Shown in pieces: positions 38,406 to 47,652 of a stretch of 64,000 nt of DNA (its first letter is position 1; every line of letters starts with the position of its first letter). The DNA is from a virus. A model generated the notes under the pieces. That model was not told the DNA's origin and ran no database searches. It was given only the letters and a program-made list of their open reading frames with translations. The position numbers and the translations under genes were made by a program. The stretch lies in the IMG/VR virus record IMGVR_UViG_3300013131_000021; one strand, written 5' to 3'.

Positions 38406-39328
38406 AAATATTTTTAACTGGTAGCAGTGGATTTATTGGTATTAACTTGAAACCTTTATTAGAAAATAAAGGTTTCGAAGTTTACTGCCTACTTAATGAT
38501 CTAATGAATTTTGATGCGGTATCTGATGAGATTTTACTCGCCCAACCAGACATCATAGTTCATTTAGCTGCAAGAACTGAGGTTGAAAAAAGTTTTTACG
38601 AACAAATTACTTTTAGTCAGATCAATTATGTAGGCAGCGTAAATCTAATCGAAGCAGCCAGCAAAGTTAAAAATCTCAAAAACTTTGTGTTTGCCAGTAC
38701 TATGGAAGTCTACGGTTGGCAACCAATCAGCGATGAGATCAAACATAACGGGGTTCCTAAAGAATTTGTAGTATTTGACGAATGCACAGAACCTCATCCC
38801 AATGCTCCATATGCTGTAGCAAAATATGGAGTGGAAAAATATTTAGAGTATATGCATCGCAGTTGCGACTTTCCATTTACTGCTATTAGACAGACAAATA
38901 GTTATGGAAGACATGATAACGATTTTTTTATTACAGAACAAATCATAACACAGATGTTAAAAAATAAAGATGAAATATTCTTAGGTTATTCTGAACCTTA
39001 TAGAAACTTCATTTACATCGACGACCTTCTGGATGCATGGATGACTTGTATAGAAAATTCTAAATTAGTAAATGATGGAAAAATTTTTACACTAGGTCCA
39101 AAAAATCCTATTAAAATTTCAGAATATGCTGACATGATAGCTAATATTTTAAATTGGGAGGGTCGCATTCATTGGAATACTAAACCAAAGCGTCAAGGAG
39201 AAATCTTTTATCTTTGTAGCGATCATAATCTAATAACCAAGACGACAGGATGGTATCCTAAAATAAATTTAGAAGACGGCATCAGAACTACTATAAATTT
39301 TTGGAAAGAAAAATTAAACATAGTCTAA
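38402..39328 (+). CDS. NAD-dependent NDP-sugar epimerase/dehydratase (extended SDR)
   Basis: TGSSGFIG, VHLAA, ASTMEVYG, YAVAK (YxxxK), RNFIYIDD. Confidence 0.9.
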   Translation: MKIFLTGSSGFIGINLKPLLENKGFEVYCLLNDLMNFDAVSDEILLAQPDIIVHLAARTEVEKSFYEQITFSQINYVGSVNLIEAASKVKNLKNFVFASTMEVYGWQPISDEIKHNGVPKEFVVFDECTEPHPNAPYAVAKYGVEKYLEYMHRSCDFPFTAIRQTNSYGRHDNDFFITEQIITQMLKNKDEIFLGYSEPYRNFIYIDDLLDAWMTCIENSKLVNDGKIFTLGPKNPIKISEYADMIANILNWEGRIHWNTKPKRQGEIFYLCSDHNLITKTTGWYPKINLEDGIRTTINFWKEKLNIV

Positions 39329-39336
39329 AAAATCAT

Positions 39337-39762
39337 ATGAAAATTGTTCCACTCGAAGACAACTTAATGGTTCAACAGCAGTTGCCTGCAAAAAACATTC
39401 GCCATCAACAATGGCAACATATGGTGGCTGTAATTATGCTCAATCAAACTGGAAGAAAGGTGGTCAAATATGTACTGCCTCTTTTTTTAGAACGTTGGCC
39501 TACTCCTAATAAATTTTTGTTTGCAACTGATGATGAAGTGAAAGAAGTCATTTGGCCTTTGGGTATGTATAATGTCCGTTTTCAAAGACTCAAGAGAATG
39601 ACCGCTGATTTCTTGACTTGGGACGGCAATGATGCTACAATATTATATGGTATAGGGAAATACGGTAGCGACAGTTATGAAATCTTTTTCAAACAAAACT
39701 ACACTGTAGAACCTACAGATAAAGAATTACAAAGATATCTAAAAGAGGAGATATTATGTTAA
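39337..39762 (+). CDS. MBD4-like HhH-GPD DNA glycosylase
   Basis: VAVIMLNQT, PLGM...R, LYGIGKYGSDSYEIF, D..L..Y pattern; no Fe-S motif. Confidence 0.75.
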   Translation: MKIVPLEDNLMVQQQLPAKNIRHQQWQHMVAVIMLNQTGRKVVKYVLPLFLERWPTPNKFLFATDDEVKEVIWPLGMYNVRFQRLKRMTADFLTWDGNDATILYGIGKYGSDSYEIFFKQNYTVEPTDKELQRYLKEEILC

Positions 39763-40070
39763 CTTTAGAAGACACATACAATCTGATTCAAGAATTAAAC
39801 GAAGAAGCACATAACTTATCTTGGGATACTTGGATTCAAGCTGACGAACTAATGGAATCCGATGACGAAAATGATTGGGAGGCCGCTGAAGAACTTAGAG
39901 AAGAAGCCTCAATAGAACAGGCAAGTTATTTTAGAGATTCTTACTATGAGCTTGATGCAGAACAACAAGACAGTATTAAACATTGGCTATCTAACAACGA
40001 ATCTTTCAAAGAAGAATTTTCAGTGTGGTTTGGTGAAAAAGAATTTGAAAACAAGTTTGGCGAAGAATAA
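39756..40070 (+). CDS. Highly acidic hypothetical protein
   Basis: Strongly Glu/Asp-rich 104-aa ORF. Confidence 0.55.
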   Translation: MLTLEDTYNLIQELNEEAHNLSWDTWIQADELMESDDENDWEAAEELREEASIEQASYFRDSYYELDAEQQDSIKHWLSNNESFKEEFSVWFGEKEFENKFGEE

Positions 40071-40501
40071 TGTTCCTGAAGCTTCTAGAAAAAATAGGTC
40101 GTAAACGTATCATCATGGATAGGATGAGTGACGAACCTTATCTTGAACGCTACTATCTTTTCTTGAAGGAACGTGAACACTTTCCGTTTAATGTTTTCTT
40201 ACACAAGTTCCTAAAAGGCGATCCAGACGATCTTCATGATCATCCTTGGCCTTATGCTACATTGATTTTAAAAGGTGGCTATTGGGAAACAACGCCCGAA
40301 GGTCGTTTTTGGAGAGGTCCTGGACATTTTAGAACCTGTAGTGCTGAGAGCTATCATAGAATTGAACTAGAATCAGGTGTAGATTGTTGGACTTTGTTTA
40401 TGCCTGGTCCTCATCGTCGTGAATGGGGATTTGATGTCAACGGTCGTTGGGTACAACACGAACAATACCTTAAGGAAAGATATGAACAAGCGCATAATTA
40501 A
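40070..40501 (+). CDS. Cupin-fold protein
   Basis: LHDHPW...GGYWE...YHRIEL...WTLF cupin metal motifs. Confidence 0.7.
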   Translation: MFLKLLEKIGRKRIIMDRMSDEPYLERYYLFLKEREHFPFNVFLHKFLKGDPDDLHDHPWPYATLILKGGYWETTPEGRFWRGPGHFRTCSAESYHRIELESGVDCWTLFMPGPHRREWGFDVNGRWVQHEQYLKERYEQAHN

Positions 40502-41066
40502 TCAACAAGAACTAACAGGCCTAGTGAATAAAATATGTAGAGATATTTTAGTTAGCAAATGGGAACCGGATTACATAGTAGGAATTACTCGTGGCGGACT
40601 GATTCCATCTGTAATGATTAGTCAATATTTAGACGTTCCGATGCATGCGTTAGGAGTTAGCCTTAGAGATGGAAGTGGCGGAGAAAGTAATCTTTGGATG
40701 GCTAGCGATGCTTTCGGTCATACTACTAACGAAAGATTTATTGAAGATGAACACAACATAGGCAGCATTTTATCTGCTGCTAGCGATATATTAGAATCTG
40801 GAACTTATACTAATATTTTACTAGTTGATGATATTAACGATACCGGCGCTACTTTTAATTGGATTATGGAAGATTGGAAATCTGGTTGTTTTCCAGACAG
40901 TCCGACATGGGATGAAGTATGGAATCAAAATGTTAAATTTGCTGTGGTAGTTGATAATTTATCTAGTCAATGTAATGTAAAAATGAATTTTGTTGGTATG
41001 GAAATCAACAAAGCAGAAAACGATGAATGGATCGATTTTCCTTGGGAGGAATGGTGGACAAAATGA
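40482..41066 (+). CDS. Type I phosphoribosyltransferase (purine PRTase-like)
   Basis: IVGITRGGLIP and PRPP-binding LLVDDINDTGAT; C-terminal WIDFPWE. ATG at 40482. Confidence 0.85.
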   Translation: MNKRIINQQELTGLVNKICRDILVSKWEPDYIVGITRGGLIPSVMISQYLDVPMHALGVSLRDGSGGESNLWMASDAFGHTTNERFIEDEHNIGSILSAASDILESGTYTNILLVDDINDTGATFNWIMEDWKSGCFPDSPTWDEVWNQNVKFAVVVDNLSSQCNVKMNFVGMEINKAENDEWIDFPWEEWWTK

Positions 41067-41455
41067 AAGACACAGTAAAAGTAATGCTAGCTCAACCTTC
41101 ATTTATTGAAGATTCAAAAGCACCGTGGACTGAACTTGTAGAAGAAGATTATCATGTCAAAGTATTCAGAGACATCTATCCGGTGACAGAAGGTCATTTA
41201 TTATTTGTACCTAAATATAATACTGTGTCTGTATTAATGGACTGTTTTGAAGCTGCTATCACGGACGGTATGAACAGAGTTCAAAAGGGAGAATGGGATG
41301 GGTTTAATGTAGGCCTTAATTACGGCCCTGCTGCTGGTCAAACGGTTGAATGGCCTCACGTTCATCTAATCCCTAGACGCAAAGGCGACATGGAAGATCC
41401 CACTGGCGGGGTACGTCATGTTATTCCCGAAAAAGGTAATTATCGAAAATGGTAG
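41063..41455 (+). CDS. HIT family nucleotide hydrolase
   Basis: DIYPVTEGHLLFVPK, AAGQTV.WPHVHLIPR. Confidence 0.85.
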   Translation: MKDTVKVMLAQPSFIEDSKAPWTELVEEDYHVKVFRDIYPVTEGHLLFVPKYNTVSVLMDCFEAAITDGMNRVQKGEWDGFNVGLNYGPAAGQTVEWPHVHLIPRRKGDMEDPTGGVRHVIPEKGNYRKW

Positions 41456-41646
41456 AAATACAAGTTCCGTGGACTGGGTATCAGAGCAATATCTGGTGGA
41501 ATGAGATATGTGCCGACATCGTAAACCATTTTGGATTACCCGGTGGTAGATACACAACAGAAGTTAGCGTGAATAGCATGAATTTCTTTTTTAAAGATGA
41601 AAAAGATGCATTAATGTGTAAAATTTTAGTCAGCCATAAAATATGA
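41449..41646 (+). CDS. Hypothetical protein
   Basis: 65-aa coupled ORF. Confidence 0.55.
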   Translation: MVEIQVPWTGYQSNIWWNEICADIVNHFGLPGGRYTTEVSVNSMNFFFKDEKDALMCKILVSHKI

Positions 41647-41861
41647 AATCTAAAATGCTACTGATAATAATATTAATCCTTTTAATGATAATATTATTAT
41701 CAAGCGATTTTGCAGGTCAAAGAAAAATATATGACTGCAATTATTCTGAAATAAATCCAGACTTTCCTCAAGATGTAAAAGACGAATGTCGTAGACTTAG
41801 ACACGAACAATGGGAACAGGAAAAAGAATGGTATCATCCGAAAAAAATCATACGAACATGA
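41643..41861 (+). CDS. Small membrane-anchored protein
   Basis: N-terminal hydrophobic helix and two Cys. Confidence 0.5.
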   Translation: MKSKMLLIIILILLMIILLSSDFAGQRKIYDCNYSEINPDFPQDVKDECRRLRHEQWEQEKEWYHPKKIIRT

Positions 41862-42019
41862 AAAGATGGACATTAAATGTAGAAGAAGATCCGGACACGG
41901 GCGACGGTATACTTACGTTTCCTTCGGACTTATTACAGGAAGCTGGATGGAAAGAAGGTGATACATTAGTATGGACTGATCAAGGTGATGGATCTTGGAC
42001 TCTATCTAAAAGTAAATAG
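41858..42019 (+). CDS. AbrB/MazE-like swapped-hairpin small protein
   Basis: ILTFP..LL..AGWKEGD.L.W pattern; ATG at 41858. Confidence 0.6.
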   Translation: MKRWTLNVEEDPDTGDGILTFPSDLLQEAGWKEGDTLVWTDQGDGSWTLSKSK

Positions 42020-42023
42020 ATTT

Positions 42024-42524
42024 ATGATAAAACAAGGACATGTTATCCCTTTTTGGAATAATAAACATACATTACTTACATATAAAGAAAAATATTTTAA
42101 TGACCCGACAATGATAGACCAATGGGTCGCTGCAGGATATAAGGGAAATTTTGGCGGTGGCACTTATGATATGCAAAAGAAAATGCCCAACTGGGCTACA
42201 CCTTTTTTTTCTATATTTTCGGGAAAAAATGTTAGCATAACTTTTTTTAAAATGAAGATTTCAGATATTCTTCCAACTCATGTTGATACGTACCAAAGAT
42301 ACATAAAAATTAACAATATAGAAAATCCTCATACAATTAAAAGAGCTATTATTTTTTTAGATGATTGGAAACCTGGACACATTTTCGAAATAGAAAATCA
42401 ACCTATAACATCTTGGAAGGCGGGTGATTTTGTGTTATGGAACTATGGTGCTCCTCATATGGCAGCAAACATCGGAATAGAGCCACGATATACTTTACAA
42501 ATAACTTTTGTAGACAATATATGA
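42024..42524 (+). CDS. 2OG-Fe(II)/cupin-type oxygenase
   Basis: LPTHVD (HxD) and a distal H in PHMAAN.G...R.TLQIT. Confidence 0.65.
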   Translation: MIKQGHVIPFWNNKHTLLTYKEKYFNDPTMIDQWVAAGYKGNFGGGTYDMQKKMPNWATPFFSIFSGKNVSITFFKMKISDILPTHVDTYQRYIKINNIENPHTIKRAIIFLDDWKPGHIFEIENQPITSWKAGDFVLWNYGAPHMAANIGIEPRYTLQITFVDNI

Positions 42525-43714
42525 ACTCAGAGCACAATTTATATTATAGAAATTTTCCTAGGCAAGTATCTAAGTCTATTAAAATAAGGACATATCTAGG
42601 ATCACAAAAATTCGTAGAAAAACTGTTAATAGACAACAAACCTAGTTATTTTTACAACGGTTTAAATAACATCTATAAATTAGAAAATCAAATTCTTACC
42701 AAACGAGAAAAAGAATTTTTAAACAATACGGGAGTGGATATATATCTTTTAGAACCATTATGTTATCGATCTGCCGATTCTCATAATTGTGAATATTACA
42801 GCGAATTTGTCGGTAATGAAAAAATTAGTTCTATAAAATCTAATGAATTAGATTGTATTAAAAAATTTGTAATTGAAAATAATTTAAAAAATATTAGAAT
42901 TTTTACCTGCGATTACAATGTAAAATTATTAAACGAAACTTATCCAGAACTTAATCTTAATTGTTATGATCTTACTATTCGACACCTAGGATATAATATT
43001 CAGAATAAAATAGAAAACAATAAAAAAGAAATCAAAAGAAAGTTCTGGTCCTCTCATAGAAGATATACTTTACATAGACATTTATTAATTTCTTATCTAG
43101 CATCCATGGACGGTGTATATGGTTGGAATTTTATATGTAATGAAAAATCATTATTAGAAAATCCATGGTTTAATTTTTCTAATTTGGATACAATAACATA
43201 TCAAAAAATAATAGTCGGAAACAACAAATTAAATGATTCAACATCAATTATCGACAATGAATTTCCTCCAGAAAATGTAAACAAATATACCCAGAGCGTA
43301 TCGGGAATGGGAACTATTTACAAATGGCATAATGATAAATTTTTAGATAGTTTAGATGAATGCTTTTGTGCAATCGTTGGAGAGACTAGGTACGCACAAC
43401 CTTTCACGAATATAAGCGAAAAAACGTTTCATCCAATATTTAAAAAAACTCCTTTTATATTAGGGTCAACTGTTCGAAGTCTAGAATATCTTAAAAAATT
43501 AAATTTTAAAACTTTTGATAGATGGTGGGACGAAAGCTATGATCAAGAGGAAAATAATGAAAAACGAATGATTAAGATTTTTGAAATCATTGAATTTATA
43601 AACAATAAAAATATTAAAGAACTTCAAAATATCTACGAGGATATGCAAGAAGTTTTAGATCATAATTTTGATATTTTAAAAACATTGTCAACAAATAGAA
43701 CTATCTTATTATGA
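42521..43714 (+). CDS. Putative glycosyltransferase-like protein
   Basis: C-terminal IVGET...ISEKTFHPI...PFI.G...L..L..F.TF..WWDESYD, a pattern seen in phage sugar-modification loci. Confidence 0.45.
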   Translation: MNSEHNLYYRNFPRQVSKSIKIRTYLGSQKFVEKLLIDNKPSYFYNGLNNIYKLENQILTKREKEFLNNTGVDIYLLEPLCYRSADSHNCEYYSEFVGNEKISSIKSNELDCIKKFVIENNLKNIRIFTCDYNVKLLNETYPELNLNCYDLTIRHLGYNIQNKIENNKKEIKRKFWSSHRRYTLHRHLLISYLASMDGVYGWNFICNEKSLLENPWFNFSNLDTITYQKIIVGNNKLNDSTSIIDNEFPPENVNKYTQSVSGMGTIYKWHNDKFLDSLDECFCAIVGETRYAQPFTNISEKTFHPIFKKTPFILGSTVRSLEYLKKLNFKTFDRWWDESYDQEENNEKRMIKIFEIIEFINNKNIKELQNIYEDMQEVLDHNFDILKTLSTNRTILL

Positions 43715-44337
43715 ACGATATTGTTAGACGATTTGAATTAGAAATATCTAAATTTTATAACGCACCATATGCTGTGGCCGTTGACAGTTGTACTCATGCG
43801 ATAGAATTATCTCTACGATATACAAAAATTAAAAAAACATCATGTCCGGCACATACTTATATTTCGATTCCGTTCATATTTGAAAAATTAAATTTAAAGT
43901 GGTCTTTTGAAAATTATTATTGGGAAGATTATTATTTTTTAGGAGAATCCAATATAGTAGATGCTGCCGTTTATTGGCAGAGAAACGGTTATATTCAAAA
44001 TACGTTTATGTGTTTAAGTTTTCAATATCAAAAACATCTAAGTCTAAGCAGAGGAGGTATGATACTCTGCGACAAAGAACATGATTATAGTATATTAAAG
44101 AAAATGAGTTACGACGGACGGATGTCCGGTATTCCTTGGAGGCAACAAAATATCGATACTATGGGATTTCATTATTATATGACTCCGGAAACTGCAGAGA
44201 TAGGTCTAAAAAAATTTTCTGAAGTGGCGGACAAAGATCCAAAAAAATGGAAATCGACTGAGTATCCATACCTGCCGGATATGAAAATTTTTAATAAATT
44301 AAACAATGGTGTTGTTCTTTCAAAGAAAAGAGTGTAA
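43711..44337 (+). CDS. Short DegT/DnrJ/EryC1/StrS PLP aminotransferase
   Basis: AVAVDSCTHA, VDAA, SFQYQKHL..RGGMI (Schiff-base Lys), G..Y.M. Confidence 0.8.
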   Translation: MNDIVRRFELEISKFYNAPYAVAVDSCTHAIELSLRYTKIKKTSCPAHTYISIPFIFEKLNLKWSFENYYWEDYYFLGESNIVDAAVYWQRNGYIQNTFMCLSFQYQKHLSLSRGGMILCDKEHDYSILKKMSYDGRMSGIPWRQQNIDTMGFHYYMTPETAEIGLKKFSEVADKDPKKWKSTEYPYLPDMKIFNKLNNGVVLSKKRV

Positions 44338-44340
44338 ACT
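44312..44340 (+). promoter_or_regulatory. Sigma70-like promoter for queE
   Basis: TTGTTC-17 bp-TAAACT immediately before the queE ATG. Confidence 0.4.
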
Positions 44341-44345
44341 AAACT

Positions 44346-45197
44346 ATGGAAAAAATTAAATTAGCAGAGCTGTTTTACAGCATACAAGGTGAGGGTAGAT
44401 ATATGGGAGTTCCCAGCGTGTTCCTTAGAACATTTGGCTGTAATTTCAAATGTGCTGGTTTTGGTATGCCGAAAGGCGAATCTACAAGAGAAGTAGAACC
44501 GATCGCTGCCAATGTTCATTTATATAAAACATACGAAGAACTCCCATTGGTATCTACAGGATGCGACAGTTATGCTTCCTGGCATCCTGCATTTAAACAT
44601 CTTAGTCCGTTTTATACTCCAGACGAAATCGTAGAGAATATTATGGAAATTCTTCCGTATGGTCGATGGGAAGATGAACATCTAGTTATCACCGGGGGAG
44701 AGCCCTTATTGAAATGGCAGAACATTTATCCGGAATTATTAAATCATTCTAAGATGAAATCACTTAGAGAAATTACGTTTGAAACAAATGGCACACAAGA
44801 ACTAACTCCCGAATTTAAAAAATATCTTATGCATTGGGGATTTAAAACAAGAGGATATCATAAACTAACCTTTTCTGTCAGTGCTAAACTAAGTTGCAGC
44901 GGTGAAGAAAGACATGTAGCTATACGTCCGGACATTATTAGACAATACGAAGAAGTGGGATACACGTATCTAAAATTTGTTATTGCCACAGAAGAAGATG
45001 CTGAAGAAGCATTAGAAACTATTGATGTGTATCGTGCTGAAGGATTTGCAGGTCCAATATATTTAATGCCTGTGGGGGGTGTTGAAAGTGTTTACACATT
45101 AAATAATCGTCGTGTAGCAGAATTGGCAATGAAGAATGGGCTAAGATATAGTGATAGATTACAGGTACCGTTGTTTAAGAATGAGTGGGGAACTTAA
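44346..45197 (+). CDS. queE: 7-carboxy-7-deazaguanine synthase (radical SAM)
   Basis: ELFYSIQGEG, FLRTFGCNFKC...GCDS (third Cys displaced by an insert), ITGGEP, FETNG, SAKL. Confidence 0.9.
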   Translation: MEKIKLAELFYSIQGEGRYMGVPSVFLRTFGCNFKCAGFGMPKGESTREVEPIAANVHLYKTYEELPLVSTGCDSYASWHPAFKHLSPFYTPDEIVENIMEILPYGRWEDEHLVITGGEPLLKWQNIYPELLNHSKMKSLREITFETNGTQELTPEFKKYLMHWGFKTRGYHKLTFSVSAKLSCSGEERHVAIRPDIIRQYEEVGYTYLKFVIATEEDAEEALETIDVYRAEGFAGPIYLMPVGGVESVYTLNNRRVAELAMKNGLRYSDRLQVPLFKNEWGT

Positions 45198-45634
45198 TGA
45201 AAATTATTAAAAAACTTTTTGGTATAGACAAATTAGAAGCCAACATAGCAGAAATGCAGGCCAAAGAAAAAGAAGCGATTGAACAATTGGCTTTCAATCA
45301 AAGAGAAGCTGAACGGGCTAGACAAGATGCAGAAGAAGCCAAATTAAATCCAAAAGAGAGAGCTACTCGTAAGAAAGAACCGTGGATTGGTGTTTTAAAT
45401 ACTCATGTAAACAAAGAAAATATTAGAAACGGGTTCTTTGAGCTTGACTGGAATGAGTATTTTGTGCTACAATTAAAACAAGAAGGTTATGGTGCAGACG
45501 GCGATAAAGATGAAGAAATTGTTGATCGTTGGTTCCGTGAGCTTTGCGCCAATGTTGTAGTAGATGGCGATTATGGTGGTCCTGTGCAAACTGGATCTTT
45601 GGACATACAAAATGTAAAGAAGACCAATCAATGA
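45197..45634 (+). CDS. Conserved phage hypothetical protein
   Basis: Coiled-coil N-half, FELDWNEYFV...WF C-half; TAATG coupling. Confidence 0.6.
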   Translation: MKIIKKLFGIDKLEANIAEMQAKEKEAIEQLAFNQREAERARQDAEEAKLNPKERATRKKEPWIGVLNTHVNKENIRNGFFELDWNEYFVLQLKQEGYGADGDKDEEIVDRWFRELCANVVVDGDYGGPVQTGSLDIQNVKKTNQ

Positions 45635-46617
45635 CATATATTCTAGTTGATACTGCTAACACGTTCTTTCGTGCTAGACACGTTATTAACGGTGATGCTG
45701 ATATCAAACTTGGCATGGCATTCCATATCACCCTTAATTCTATACGCAAAGCGTGGCAGCAGTTCAATGGCATTCACGTTATCTTCTGTTTAGAAGGTAG
45801 ATCTTGGCGCAAAGACTATTATGCTCCGTATAAGCGTAATCGTGCAGAATCACGTGCTGCGCTCAACGAGCGAGAGCAAGAAGAAGATCGTGTATTCTGG
45901 GAAGCCTTTGACACGTTCAAAGAATTCATCACAGATAGAACCAACTGTACTGTACTGCGCAACGAACAGTTAGAAGCAGACGATCTCATTGCAGGCTGGA
46001 TCCAAAGTCATCCAAATGACGATCACGTGATCATCTCCACAGACACAGATTTCGTTCAGCTTATCGCACCCAATGTAAAACAGTATAACGGAGTGATGGA
46101 ACATACGATCACACACGAAGGAATTTTTGATGACAAAGGTAAATCAGTCATCGATAAAAAGACCAAAGAACCTAAAGCCGCACCAAACCCAGAATGGCTC
46201 CTGTTTGAAAAATGTATGCGTGGTGATACCAGTGATAATGTCTTCTCAGCGTATCCAGGTGTTCGCACTAGAGGCACAAGCAAAAAAGTGGGTCTTATGG
46301 AAGCGTTCGAAGACCGTGGCACCAAAGGATTTGCGTGGAACAATCTCATGCTTCAGAGATGGACTGACCACGAGGGTATAGAACATCGAGTGTTAGAAGA
46401 TTATGAACGTAATCGTAGATTAATCGATCTCTCATATCAACCAGATCATATTAAAGGTATTATTTCAAAGACCATTAGTGAAGCTATTTCTACAAATAAA
46501 AATATTAATCAGGTCGGAGTAAAACTCATGAAGTTCTGCGGCCTTTATGATCTTAAAAAGATTTCAGAACAGGCTCAGAGTTATGCTGAACCATTAAATG
46601 CAAGGTACACACTATGA
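45631..46617 (+). CDS. rnh: T4 RNase H-like 5'-3' exonuclease / flap endonuclease
   Basis: LVDTAN, YK.NR, EADDLI, STDTDF.QL, GDTSDNV. Confidence 0.9.
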   Translation: MTYILVDTANTFFRARHVINGDADIKLGMAFHITLNSIRKAWQQFNGIHVIFCLEGRSWRKDYYAPYKRNRAESRAALNEREQEEDRVFWEAFDTFKEFITDRTNCTVLRNEQLEADDLIAGWIQSHPNDDHVIISTDTDFVQLIAPNVKQYNGVMEHTITHEGIFDDKGKSVIDKKTKEPKAAPNPEWLLFEKCMRGDTSDNVFSAYPGVRTRGTSKKVGLMEAFEDRGTKGFAWNNLMLQRWTDHEGIEHRVLEDYERNRRLIDLSYQPDHIKGIISKTISEAISTNKNINQVGVKLMKFCGLYDLKKISEQAQSYAEPLNARYTL

Positions 46618-47090
46618 CAGAGATTCATGCAAAACCAATTATTGATAATAAATTTTGGATTGTTGAAAAGGACGGAGAAAAGTTTGCCACGCTGAGAAAA
46701 AATGAGGACAATCGATTCGTAATGAGTAATGACAGCGGTGTACAGATTTATGACAACAAAGAAAGTCTTACTAAACAGTTTGGAAAACATTTTTTTACAG
46801 TTAAGATTGTAAAAGAATCTATAAATTCATTGCCCAACGAAGTTCATGGATATCCTACTAGTTGCGATCCTCATAATGCGATGTTTGATATTAGAAAAAA
46901 ATTACCACTATTCACAAAAAGTGAAGATTCAAAAAGTTTATATTGTGCAGGATATTATACAATTAAGTTTGATAAAGGATGGGTTAAAAGTTTTTGTCCA
47001 AAAAAAATAACCTTAGAAAGATATCCTTATAGGGGTCCGTTCAAAACAGAATTAGAAATGAAACAGGTATTAACAAATGTTTCAAAATAA
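46614..47090 (+). CDS. Hypothetical protein
   Basis: 158-aa coupled ORF. Confidence 0.6.
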   Translation: MTEIHAKPIIDNKFWIVEKDGEKFATLRKNEDNRFVMSNDSGVQIYDNKESLTKQFGKHFFTVKIVKESINSLPNEVHGYPTSCDPHNAMFDIRKKLPLFTKSEDSKSLYCAGYYTIKFDKGWVKSFCPKKITLERYPYRGPFKTELEMKQVLTNVSK

Positions 47091-47325
47091 AATTCCAGAT
47101 ACATTGCCCACTATTGAAAAATTGATAACTCGAATATCAATGGCTGAAAGAAGTCAACAAAAAGAAATTCGCATTACCATTCAAGAAGCGAGAGATTTAA
47201 CGTCCGAACTAGCTTTACTCACTAGTAAATTAGGTGGTACAGTTAAGGAAATACATGAACTTTTACATGAAATTAAGATGTCAACTACGCAAATAGATGT
47301 TAAATTCGACGGAGGTCAATTCTAA
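47077..47325 (+). CDS. Hypothetical protein
   Basis: 82-aa coupled ORF. Confidence 0.55.
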   Translation: MFQNKIPDTLPTIEKLITRISMAERSQQKEIRITIQEARDLTSELALLTSKLGGTVKEIHELLHEIKMSTTQIDVKFDGGQF

Positions 47326-47331
47326 TCGGCA

Positions 47332-47370
47332 TAAATATATACGTGGTTAATTAGGAAACACGTATAAATG
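47332..47370 (+). promoter_or_regulatory. Late-promoter box plus RBS-occluding hairpin
   Basis: TAAATA at 47332-47337; TATACGTG (47338-47345) pairs with CACGTATA (47359-47366); AGGA in the loop; ATG at 47368. Confidence 0.6.
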
Positions 47371-47652
47371 AGTAGACCGAAGCCAAAGATTCTTTTAGAG
47401 TACGCTAATAAAGAAACTTATAAAGTAGAACAAATTTTGGAAAGTGATGCCATATGGGCTGTGTTTTTCAAAGGTCAGCCTTTTAATCTCAAAAGTGGTT
47501 CTCTTGTATCAAGCTATCCAGGCCCTAAATATAAAAAAGTAAGTTTTTCAAATCCGGGTCATGCCTATAATCTAGCAAAAAAGTTAAACAAATTGTTTAA
47601 ATGTCAAGACTTCGCAGTGTATAAATTGACCTCCGGCGAAGAGGTAAAATAA
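47368..47652 (+). CDS. Conserved phage hypothetical protein
   Basis: MSRPKP...YPGPKYKKVSFSNPGHA motif. Confidence 0.65.
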   Translation: MSRPKPKILLEYANKETYKVEQILESDAIWAVFFKGQPFNLKSGSLVSSYPGPKYKKVSFSNPGHAYNLAKKLNKLFKCQDFAVYKLTSGEEVK

